In this document: positions 38,930 through 46,938 of the stretch, piece after piece
Layout: every line of letters begins with the position of its first letter
Position numbering within the stretch: position 1 is the first letter of the stretch
Assembly: GCA_049967855.1 (NCBI GenBank)
Contig: JBMFRX010000010.1
Coordinates: forward strand, 1 to 54,778
DNA from: Caldisericaceae bacterium
Lineage (GTDB): Bacteria; Caldisericota; Caldisericia; Caldisericales; Caldisericaceae
DNA: 54,778 nucleotides
Reading direction: 5' to 3'
The notes under the pieces: generated by a model
What the model saw: only the letters and a program-made list of their open reading frames with translations
Database searches by the model: none
What the model was told of the DNA's origin: nothing
Translations under genes and position numbers: made by a program

Positions 38930-40153
38930 TTAGGCTTTGCCAATCGATTTGAGAGAGAAATCAATATCAGAAAGCTTATCTTTGAAGTTTGAAACGTCAA
39001 CTTTCTGATTAACGAGCCTATTTGCCGCTACAGCCTCGCCCTTGAGTCCAAGAATAATTACTCCTTCTACTTTACTGTCTTTGAGGACAACTTTACGATA
39101 TTTGCCCTCAACAGGAGCCTTTGCACGAATTATCTCGTATCCCATTTCATCTTGAGGGTTTATATTGCCAACGGATGTGAAGTCAAACCCAGCAATTTTG
39201 AGCGTATTCGTAGGAATGGAACCCTTGTACTCGGCACTGCCATGTTTTACCATATTCTTGCCAGCAACTGTTCCCTGCTCAATGGCAGGCGGTATTATTC
39301 CGTAGGTAAGCCCTTTGTATTCTGCAACGTCTCCAGAAGCATAAATATCATCGCTAATCATCATATAATCATCAACAATAGCGCCTTTATTGTGAGGCAA
39401 GTTTGAAAGTTCAAGAAGGCTTAAATTACTTCTAACGCCTGTCGACAAAAGTACCATTAGAGCTTTCACTTTAGTGCCATTTGCCAATAATACTTCCTTC
39501 ACAGAGTCATTCCCTAAAAATTCCTCTGTTTTGTAATCTGTTTTTATCTCTATGCCCCAATTTTCGAATATGCCCTTTAAAATATCTCCGCCCTCTTTGT
39601 CAAGCTGCCTTGGCAAAAGGTATGGAGATGCTTCAATAACAACAGGCATCAACTTATTCATCCTGAACGAATGGGCTGCTTCAAGTCCAAGCACGCCTCC
39701 ACCAATTACAACCACTGGCTTGTTATTGCCAATTATAAAGGAGTGTTTCTTAATCCTGAAGGCATCATCAAGATTTCTCAAAGTGAAAATGCCAGCCAAA
39801 TGAACTCCTTTGATTGGTGGCACAAAAGAGCTTGCCCCGTTTGCAATTAAAAGTTTGTCGTAGGTTACAGTGCCACCATCTTCCAGCAAGAGCGAATGTT
39901 CCTTTGCATTCACCTTTCTTACACCACTGCCAAGATGAAGTTTAATTCTATTCTCTGCATACCAAAAAGAGTCATAATAATAAATGTCTCTTGCAGAGAC
40001 TTTCTCATAAATTACGTCAAATAGCTTTGGTCGAGGATAATACAGGGAAGATTCGTCAGTGAAGATATGTATCTCTGCATCAGGATCCAATCCTCTGATA
40101 GTCTTAGCCGCTGTTAATCCACTAACCCCTAAACCAATAATAACATATTTCAT
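38930..40153 (-). CDS. FAD-dependent NAD(P)H oxidoreductase (NADH:rubredoxin oxidoreductase-like)
   Basis: IIGLGVSG, YDKLLIANG, IGGGVLGLE, ASGDVAE, TLKIAG. Rubredoxin operon context. Confidence 0.88.
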   Translation of the reverse strand: MKYVIIGLGVSGLTAAKTIRGLDPDAEIHIFTDESSLYYPRPKLFDVIYEKVSARDIYYYDSFWYAENRIKLHLGSGVRKVNAKEHSLLLEDGGTVTYDKLLIANGASSFVPPIKGVHLAGIFTLRNLDDAFRIKKHSFIIGNNKPVVVIGGGVLGLEAAHSFRMNKLMPVVIEASPYLLPRQLDKEGGDILKGIFENWGIEIKTDYKTEEFLGNDSVKEVLLANGTKVKALMVLLSTGVRSNLSLLELSNLPHNKGAIVDDYMMISDDIYASGDVAEYKGLTYGIIPPAIEQGTVAGKNMVKHGSAEYKGSIPTNTLKIAGFDFTSVGNINPQDEMGYEIIRAKAPVEGKYRKVVLKDSKVEGVIILGLKGEAVAANRLVNQKVDVSNFKDKLSDIDFSLKSIGKA

Positions 40154-40162
40154 AGCTGTCTC

Positions 40163-40651
40163 CTAAAAAGGCGAGAAATTGTTAGCTTCCCAGTATTGCT
40201 GCTTCAGATCGTTATACTCTCCTAACAGCATCTCGTAGTGTAACATTTCCCACTTTTCAAGTTCGGCAAAAAGGTCTTTTATCTTCGGGTTTTCTGCTTT
40301 CTCCTTATTTTCCCTGTAGAAATCGATCGAGTTTTTTTCAAGAATGAGCCCGGTGGAAATTGCTGAAAATTCAAGGTTCTTGCCTGCAAGATTTCTTCTG
40401 AAGTCATCAGAAAAAATTGCTTTGTTCAGAGGCTTTTCACCGTTCAATATCACGCTAATGTCTTTCCCGTTTTTAACCTCGAGAAGGATCTCTTTCAAGG
40501 CATTAAAGTGCTTTGTTTCCTCCTTCGAGAGAAAATCAAATACTTCCTTTGCCTGTTTATCCTCGGTTTTCTCAGATGCTGTCCTGTAAAGCTCAATTCC
40601 GTTAAGCTCAATTTCCATAGCACTAAGTAGGACATTCTCAATCTCGCTCAT
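40163..40651 (-). CDS. ferritin-like (rubrerythrin family) protein
   Basis: E...Y, EETKH, E...FY, EMLH di-iron pattern, ending FSPF. Confidence 0.85.
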   Translation of the reverse strand: MSEIENVLLSAMEIELNGIELYRTASEKTEDKQAKEVFDFLSKEETKHFNALKEILLEVKNGKDISVILNGEKPLNKAIFSDDFRRNLAGKNLEFSAISTGLILEKNSIDFYRENKEKAENPKIKDLFAELEKWEMLHYEMLLGEYNDLKQQYWEANNFSPF

Positions 40652-40810
40652 TTAGATCTCCTCGAATTGGTCTTTTGTTGCTCCACAAACTGGACAGGTC
40701 CAGTCTTCTGGCAGTTTTTCGAAAGGGGTATTCTTGTCGACACCCTGCGTGTCGTCACCCTGTTCTGGGTCATAAATGTAACCGCAAACCATGCATTTAT
40801 ACTTTTTCAT
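40652..40810 (-). CDS. rubredoxin (52 aa; absent from ORF track)
   Basis: Translated by hand: [61 protein letters not shown]. Confidence 0.97.
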   Translation of the reverse strand: MKKYKCMVCGYIYDPEQGDDTQGVDKNTPFEKLPEDWTCPVCGATKDQFEEI

Positions 40811-40829
40811 ATCGCCACCTCCTTTTTAT

Positions 40830-41333
40830 CTAAAAAGTATGAAAAGAACTCTTTGGAGCACCACAAACAGGACACTTCTCGGGTGCTTCACCGATTACCG
40901 TATACCCGCACACTGGACAAATAGAAATCTTGTCAATCTTAACATCCTCTCCCTTGTCAACCTTCTCTTTGGCATCCGCATACATCGAGCGATGTATCTT
41001 TTCAGCTGCAAGAGCAAAACCGATTGACCTCATAGCACTATTCTCATCCTGCAAACTAGCAATTGCATTGTAGGCAGGATACATCTCTTCAACTTCAAAA
41101 TTCTCACCATTCCATGCGCTTTGCAAATTTTCGCTGGTAGACTTAAGGTCTCCCAGGGCTTTAAAATGATTCGTTGCATGTACCTGCTCCGCAAAAGATA
41201 TTGCCCTGAAAAGCCTTGCAAGGTCTAGTCTTCCTTCTTTCTCCGCTTGGTCAGCAAAAATTAGATATTTCATGTGCGCTTGGCTTTCGCCTGCAAAAGC
41301 CTCTCTCAGGCTTCTTTCTGTCATTTGTTTCAT
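40830..41333 (-). CDS. rbr: rubrerythrin
   Basis: AFAGESQA, AEQVHA, GENFE..MYP, AEKIH, C-terminal CPVCGY...CPVCGA. Confidence 0.95.
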   Translation of the reverse strand: MKQMTERSLREAFAGESQAHMKYLIFADQAEKEGRLDLARLFRAISFAEQVHATNHFKALGDLKSTSENLQSAWNGENFEVEEMYPAYNAIASLQDENSAMRSIGFALAAEKIHRSMYADAKEKVDKGEDVKIDKISICPVCGYTVIGEAPEKCPVCGAPKSSFHTF

Positions 41334-41349
41334 AGTGATACCTCCTTGT

Positions 41350-41392
41350 TTATAACTTTTATAAATTATACAAACATACTATAAAATTGCAA
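41350..41392 (-). promoter_or_regulatory. rbr operon promoter with PerR/Fur-like box
   Basis: TTGCAA-N16-TATAAT, followed immediately by TTATAA-N3-TTATAA (41350-41364). Confidence 0.6.
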
Positions 41393-41429
41393 TACCCTCA
41401 GCTTTATTATAATACAACATCAAGGAAAT

Positions 41430-41457
41430 TTGCAACATTAACACAAAATGGTAAAAT
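41430..41457 (+). promoter_or_regulatory. promoter for HI0933-family gene (probably leaderless)
   Basis: TTGCAA-N16-TAAAAT with extended TG, 5 nt before ATG 41463. Confidence 0.5.
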
Positions 41458-41462
41458 ACATT

Positions 41463-42698
41463 ATGCAAACTAATGATTTCTTTGAAGTTGCAATTATTGG
41501 TGGTGGAGCCGCAGGAATGATGGCTGCTCTCAGAGCAAGTAGCATTGGCAAGAAGAACGTTATTTTAGAGCGAAATGACAGAGTTGGAAAAAAACTTTTG
41601 CTTTCAGGTGATGGCAAGTGCAATATTACCAATGCCAATATCCAGAAAAAGAATTATCATTCATCAAATAACTGTTTTAATTTTGAGCCCCTTAATGAGT
41701 TCTCAAATGCTGACACTCTTGAATTTTTTGAGAAACTTGGGTTACTTTTGTTAACTGAAAGCGACGGAAGAATATTCCCACGAACATTGCAAGCATCGAC
41801 AGTTCTTGATGCTCTTAGGCTTCGCCTTGACGAACAAGGGGTAAAAATAATCAACAATTTTAAAGTAAGCAGCGTGCACAAAAGCAATGGCATTTTTAAA
41901 ATACTGAGTTCAGACGGCCTTACAGTTGCCTCAGAGAAAATCATCCTTGCAACAGGAGGAAAATCATACCAGAACACAGGGTCTGATGGTTCTGGGTATG
42001 CCATAGCGCAGAGCTTTGGCCACACAATAGTTGACCCAGTGCCAGCTCTTGTCCAGCTTAAACTCTTCTCACAACATTTGAAGACCCTTACAGGGGTGCG
42101 AACGGAGGCTTCGGTTAAAGTTGTGTATAACAATTCAATCATCTCTCAGGCGACGGGCGAGGTTCTTTTTACAAACTACGGAGCCTCAGGTCCTGCAATC
42201 TTGAACTCAAGCAACTCAATAGCGAGGCTTCTTAAAGATGACGCCGAAATCAATATGTACATAAACTTTCTGCCTGGCTATTCAACAGGTTTCATCAGAC
42301 AATTTCTTTTGGAGACCGCTGAACGTTATCCAGAAAGGACAATCGAACAATTGCTTCAGGGCCTGGTTCACAAGAGAATTGCTGCCGTAGTTACGAGAGA
42401 ACTGCAACTTCAAGACTCTACTAATGTAAGGGTCATTGAATCATATGCAGATTCAATACTAAATTCTCTCACTCAGATGAAATTTCGCGTAATGGGAACA
42501 CTCACGTTCGCTACTGCTCAGGTCACTTCAGGAGGCGTCAATACAAATGAAATTAATGAAACCACTCTTGAGTCAAAACTCGTGAAAGGTCTATACTTTG
42601 CAGGCGAAGTTATTGACGTAAATGGAGACTCAGGGGGCTACAACCTTCAGTGGGCGTGGAGCACTGGTTGGGTTGCAGGAAGTCTCAAATCAGAGTGA
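41463..42698 (+). CDS. HI0933/BaiN family flavoprotein
   Basis: IIGGGAAGMMAA, GKKLLLSGDGKCNITN, ATGGKSY, AQVTSGGV, GGYNLQWA. Confidence 0.95.
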   Translation: MQTNDFFEVAIIGGGAAGMMAALRASSIGKKNVILERNDRVGKKLLLSGDGKCNITNANIQKKNYHSSNNCFNFEPLNEFSNADTLEFFEKLGLLLLTESDGRIFPRTLQASTVLDALRLRLDEQGVKIINNFKVSSVHKSNGIFKILSSDGLTVASEKIILATGGKSYQNTGSDGSGYAIAQSFGHTIVDPVPALVQLKLFSQHLKTLTGVRTEASVKVVYNNSIISQATGEVLFTNYGASGPAILNSSNSIARLLKDDAEINMYINFLPGYSTGFIRQFLLETAERYPERTIEQLLQGLVHKRIAAVVTRELQLQDSTNVRVIESYADSILNSLTQMKFRVMGTLTFATAQVTSGGVNTNEINETTLESKLVKGLYFAGEVIDVNGDSGGYNLQWAWSTGWVAGSLKSE

Positions 42699-43598
42699 AA
42701 TTTTGCCAGGTAACTTCGCAAACAATCTTGCATCTTTAACCGAATCAAGACCACAAATAAATCTTGTGAGCCTTTCAATGCCTATTCCACAACCTGCAGA
42801 CCTTGGCAAACCACTTTTTGCCTTCTCAAGGTACCATTCAAAATCATCAAGGCTGTTTCCTTTCCTGCGCATTCTTTGAACGATTTTGTCATACTCGTTC
42901 TCCCTTTCGCCTCCTGAGATTCCCTCACCGAATCCGAACGGATAAATTAAATCCATATCAGCGAGAGTCTCTCCGTCATCATTCAGCTTGTCGTAGAACT
43001 CCCTTTCAAAAATAGGGATATCGATTAGCCAAAACGGATTAGTAGCATCCTTTGACAGAATACTCTCAAAATCGCCTCCAAATTTATCAATTGCGTTAGT
43101 GTATCTTACACGTTCAAATGGGACTGAAGGTATCGCAAACCTTGGATTGAGTTTTACGATTTCGTCTCCGAACTTCTGCCCAACTGTAGAAAAAGCTTGA
43201 ACAAACATCCTTTCAACTAGTGAGAGGATATCGTCACGTGAGGCATCTCTAACCTCAAGGTCTAACTGTGTAAACTCAATAAGATGCTTTCCCGAAGTAG
43301 CTCTATCGGCAGTTTCAAGCCTTACATTCGGAGAAAAAGAAAATATTCGCGGCGTCACTTCCAAAGAAAGTTGTTTGTGAAAAATCATCGACTTTGTAAG
43401 TGAATAAAACCCACCATAGTATTCGATCTTTGCATCAACAACGGAATGGTTCAAAGGATCAGTTATCGGAGAAATGATAACAGGCAAAATCTCTACAAAC
43501 CCTTCCCCTCTCAGGAATTGTCCCATCGAAAGCATCAAATCACTTTCGATTCTAAGCACAAGTTCTCTTACTCTCAAAGCCTCGTCAACAGTTTCCAT
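42690..43598 (-). CDS. asparagine synthetase A, archaeal type (AsnRS paralog lacking anticodon domain)
   Basis: Likely start ATG 43598 after AGGAGG (43605-43610). ILPVIISPITDPL, LTKSMIFHKQ, SPNVRLE..HLIEFTQLDLE, GEGISGGERE, SAGCGIGIERL. No N-terminal OB fold. Confidence 0.88.
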   Translation of the reverse strand: METVDEALRVRELVLRIESDLMLSMGQFLRGEGFVEILPVIISPITDPLNHSVVDAKIEYYGGFYSLTKSMIFHKQLSLEVTPRIFSFSPNVRLETADRATSGKHLIEFTQLDLEVRDASRDDILSLVERMFVQAFSTVGQKFGDEIVKLNPRFAIPSVPFERVRYTNAIDKFGGDFESILSKDATNPFWLIDIPIFEREFYDKLNDDGETLADMDLIYPFGFGEGISGGERENEYDKIVQRMRRKGNSLDDFEWYLEKAKSGLPRSAGCGIGIERLTRFICGLDSVKDARLFAKLPGKISL

Positions 43599-43620
43599 AA
43601 ATTGCCTCCTTAAAATTTTA

Positions 43621-43707
43621 AGGGCCGACGCATCTTGCATCGGCCCTGGGTTTATAAATTAATAATAATCAACCCGATCGACCGATGCCGATTGAGTTAT
43701 TATTATT
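43621..43707 (-). promoter_or_regulatory. attenuator-like RNA with mutually exclusive hairpins
   Basis: 1:2 stem at 43707-43661. 2:3 pairing GCATCGGTC/GGCCGATGC plus GGGTT/AACCC. 3:4 stem AGGGCCGATGCA-aga-TGCGTCGGCCCT. Confidence 0.75.
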
Positions 43708-43746
43708 TGAATTAGCACTAACTGCAAAAATAATTATTTCTTCCAT
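43669..43746 (-). CDS. putative Asn-rich leader peptide (25 aa)
   Basis: MEEIIIFAVSANSNNNNSIGIGRSG*, with GAGGT RBS 6 nt upstream. Lies between the promoter and asparagine synthetase. Confidence 0.8.
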   Translation of the reverse strand: MEEIIIFAVSANSNNNNSIGIGRSG

Positions 43747-43767
43747 AACCTTACCTCAATTTCGCCT

Positions 43768-43795
43768 ATTTTAGCAGAATTATTTTTTGAGTCAA
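43768..43795 (-). promoter_or_regulatory. promoter for leader peptide-asparagine synthetase
   Basis: TTGACT-N16-TAAAAT with extended -10 TGc. Confidence 0.7.
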
Positions 43796-43918
43796 TAGCA
43801 AATACTACTTCAAGGACGATAACCAATCCCTGTCACCCTCGGTTTGGCTGCACCAAGAAATTCTACGAATTCGCTTCCATTCAATAGCAAACTCCTTTCT
43901 GACGGTTGCATAATCTAT

Positions 43919-45502
43919 CTACTTTTCAATTGCTGCATCTGCAGCAAGCCTGCCTGTCATTATACATGTGGGTACACCCGTAGGACTGTAAGACCACTGG
44001 CCTGCCTTTAAAATATTAGGTATTGCTGTTTTTACAGAATTCCTAACAGATAGCATACTTGAAGAAACAGGCAGAGCTTCTTCAAAAGACCAACCCACTA
44101 TAGAGCCTTCTGAGCTACCGACATAGCGTTCTATCGTAAGAGGGGTTGCAGTAAAGCTGAACAGGAGCTTATCTTCAAGTCCATGATAGAGAGTTCTGGA
44201 TAATGTTTTTATCATATACTTTCCAAGTTGCTCTTTGAATTCCTCATACCATCCTGATTCGTTTACCTTTTTTACAAGATCATAATCGAACAGAAAACTA
44301 GCAATGAGCCCAGTCTTTCCAGGAGGTACAGTACTCGAGTCCCTCAATGCGGGAATTGATATTTCATAAGTTTCGAAGCTGCTCAACTTCTCAAGCCAGT
44401 TAAAAACATCTTTCTTACTAACCTTTTCCCAGTTGTTCAACAGATTTGTTAGTTCAGAACGCCGAATTTCCCCAAGGCCCTTCCTTGAAGGAGTGTAGAA
44501 GAAGTGACCTTGAGCAACCTCTGAAAACTTTTCAGGGCTTTCATCTACTCCAGCAAAGACAGTAAAAATTGAATCTGCCCCGAACCCTTTTAGAATTCTT
44601 TCTTTCTCTCCATCAAACTTCGTGAGGATTTTATCTCCAAGACCGTCATTCTTAATAATATAGTATAGAGTCTTGAGGTCTGCTGCCCATATGAGCTTTT
44701 TATACTCATAGGCGTTGCCATCGTCATCTTTAATTACATTTCTGTGAGGTATTACCTCTAAAACTCGCTTACTTGTATATATCTTTGCTCCCAATTCGAG
44801 AGCTTTATTCTCAACGGCTTCTGAAAGCCTTCCAACTCCACCCTTTGGATAAATGTAATCTGTATAAAGATAAAAGTAACTCATAGCAAAAAAAGCAGGG
44901 GTCCCTTTGAAAAAATGCTGACTTATTATATCTTTCAGGGAACTATTTTTAAGCTTTCTCTCAAGGAAGGGTTCAATCGGCTCGTTCATCTTTCCCATTG
45001 CATAAACTGTTTTAAGAAAACGGAAAAACCAGGGGCCATAGGGTAAGAACTTTTTTAAATCTCTCTTTAAGTCAAGAAAAAGTGGATTATCAATTCCGTA
45101 AAGCACCTCCATTTCTCTCATTATGCCTTTTATCAGCCTTGCAACCTCATTAACATCTTCTATGCTCTCTGGATACAGCTGCTTCAGAAGAGATTCGTAA
45201 TCTTTAAGGCTCTCTTTTGAGTTTATTTTAATAATTTTGTCTTCGACACCAACCGAAACAGGACTTTTTACAAATTCAAGTCTTATGCCAAGATCCCTTA
45301 GCATTGGAAGTATAATCCCTGCATTTTCAAGTGCCCGTACGCCGCCGTCAAAGACAAACCCGTCCCTTTCAATCGAATTGACCAAACCACCACACTTTTT
45401 ATTCTTCTCAAGAACAAGAACGTTTGCCCCTGACCTTGCAGCATATGCCGCAGCAGTAAGCCCAGCTATCCCTCCACCTACAACTATCACGTCCCAAACC
45501 AT
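43919..45502 (-). CDS. phytoene desaturase-family FAD-dependent oxidoreductase
   Basis: VVGGGIAGL, LEKNKKCGG, GFVFDGG, YPKGG, ATPLTIERY, AGQW...GVP. Confidence 0.85.
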   Translation of the reverse strand: MVWDVIVVGGGIAGLTAAAYAARSGANVLVLEKNKKCGGLVNSIERDGFVFDGGVRALENAGIILPMLRDLGIRLEFVKSPVSVGVEDKIIKINSKESLKDYESLLKQLYPESIEDVNEVARLIKGIMREMEVLYGIDNPLFLDLKRDLKKFLPYGPWFFRFLKTVYAMGKMNEPIEPFLERKLKNSSLKDIISQHFFKGTPAFFAMSYFYLYTDYIYPKGGVGRLSEAVENKALELGAKIYTSKRVLEVIPHRNVIKDDDGNAYEYKKLIWAADLKTLYYIIKNDGLGDKILTKFDGEKERILKGFGADSIFTVFAGVDESPEKFSEVAQGHFFYTPSRKGLGEIRRSELTNLLNNWEKVSKKDVFNWLEKLSSFETYEISIPALRDSSTVPPGKTGLIASFLFDYDLVKKVNESGWYEEFKEQLGKYMIKTLSRTLYHGLEDKLLFSFTATPLTIERYVGSSEGSIVGWSFEEALPVSSSMLSVRNSVKTAIPNILKAGQWSYSPTGVPTCIMTGRLAADAAIEK

Positions 45503-46465
45503 CTAAATCAACCTCCCCTCTTTCAGGCTAACTTCCCACAGTTTCAGAGCTTCTTCTCTGTCCAATGCAGGAGGGGCAAGCCCTTCTTCTGTTGTTAAAT
45601 TGAAAAATTTTCCGCTAACACTCTCGACTTCCTTTGAAGTACCAAGATAGTACAAAGCATCGGCAGAGATTTGAGAGGATTTTGAAACTCTGTCAATGAA
45701 GTTGCGCTTAAACCATAAATAAATTGCCCCGTTGTCTCTTCCCGTAGCAGTTCTTACCATCCCAGGATGCATTGCATTTACTGTCACACCAGTCCCTTCA
45801 AAGTAGTCTTTAAAAATCATCATTGAAAGTATCTGAGCCAACTTTGAAGAGCCGTATGCCTCCAATCCAGAGTAACGACGATTCTCAAAATTAAGGTCAT
45901 CTAATTTCAAACCCCAAACTGCAAAACGGTATCCCTCTGAGCTCACAAATATTATTCTTCCATTACTCTGTGATTTCATCTTATCCTTTATGAGATAAGT
46001 TATTACAAACGGCGCTAAGTAATTCACAGCAAAAGTTGTCTCTATGCCATCGGGGGTCAAGGTTCTCTTTTTAAGATAGGTTCCTGCATTGTGTATAAGG
46101 ACATCGATAGGCTCATCGAGCTCCAGGAGACTTTTTCCAACCCTGTGCATCTCATCAATCCTGCTAAGGTCTGCTATTATGTAGCTGCACTGAACCCCAA
46201 AATCCCTTTGAAGTTCTTTGCTCAAAATTTCTGATTTCTGCAGGCTTCTATTTATCAATATCAACTTGGCACCATAAGATGCATACTTTCTTGCAGTGTT
46301 ATAACCAATGCCTGAAGTAGCTCCTGTTATTACCACGAGACCGTTAAAATTCTCATTGCAGGATTTGGGTTGTTTGAAGCTGTTTTTCACCATAGCCCAG
46401 ATATTAGAAACCTTATATTGCGGCCAGTACTTGCGAACCTTTTTCCAATCACTCATTGGCTTCAC
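45503..46465 (-). CDS. short-chain dehydrogenase/reductase (retinol-DH-like)
   Basis: VITGATSGIG, HNAG, VSS, YGSSK, MHPGMV. Start is either GTG 46465 or ATG 46456. Confidence 0.92.
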   Translation of the reverse strand: MKPMSDWKKVRKYWPQYKVSNIWAMVKNSFKQPKSCNENFNGLVVITGATSGIGYNTARKYASYGAKLILINRSLQKSEILSKELQRDFGVQCSYIIADLSRIDEMHRVGKSLLELDEPIDVLIHNAGTYLKKRTLTPDGIETTFAVNYLAPFVITYLIKDKMKSQSNGRIIFVSSEGYRFAVWGLKLDDLNFENRRYSGLEAYGSSKLAQILSMMIFKDYFEGTGVTVNAMHPGMVRTATGRDNGAIYLWFKRNFIDRVSKSSQISADALYYLGTSKEVESVSGKFFNLTTEEGLAPPALDREEALKLWEVSLKEGRLI

Positions 46466-46938
46466 CCGAAAACTTTTCGCATAAAAGCTCTGTAGAGCCT
46501 GTTAAGCAAAGGTATATTATCATATATGTCACCCCAAAGGTCGTAATAATCCCTCTGTTCAGATATTTTGCCTGTCTCATCAAGTTTTATTCTACTTGCA
46601 CCGCGAATAGCTGAACTTTTAGTCCCACGAAATGATATTGTCATCTCCCATTCCATAAATATGATGTTACCTTCCATTAAAGAGTTTATTATGCGGAACC
46701 TCAATTCCTTAGAACGTTTGGTGAGCCTGTCAACCATAGAAGAAAAATCCTTTATGCCGCGGATTTTCTGAATTGTATCTTCAAAGTAAATATTGTCGCT
46801 ATAATAAGGAAGTATATGCGACCAATCAGGCTTACCGCCAGTGTTGTAAATGCTAGTCCATAGTTCTACAAATTGACCTAAGTCCCCTATTGTATTTTTT
46901 CTTTCGTCTTCCCCTGATGCATTCGTATTCATGCTCAT
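46462..46938 (-). CDS. SnoaL/NTF2-like protein
   Basis: AGGAG before ATG 46938. YSDNIYFEDT, GKISEQRDYYD. Confidence 0.85.
   Translation of the reverse strand: MSMNTNASGEDERKNTIGDLGQFVELWTSIYNTGGKPDWSHILPYYSDNIYFEDTIQKIRGIKDFSSMVDRLTKRSKELRFRIINSLMEGNIIFMEWEMTISFRGTKSSAIRGASRIKLDETGKISEQRDYYDLWGDIYDNIPLLNRLYRAFMRKVFG

Noticed and set aside
43599..43640. ORF-track start MQDASALK for asparagine synthetase
   Set aside because: The ATG lies inside the attenuator hairpin and has no SD. AGGAGG precedes ATG 43598.
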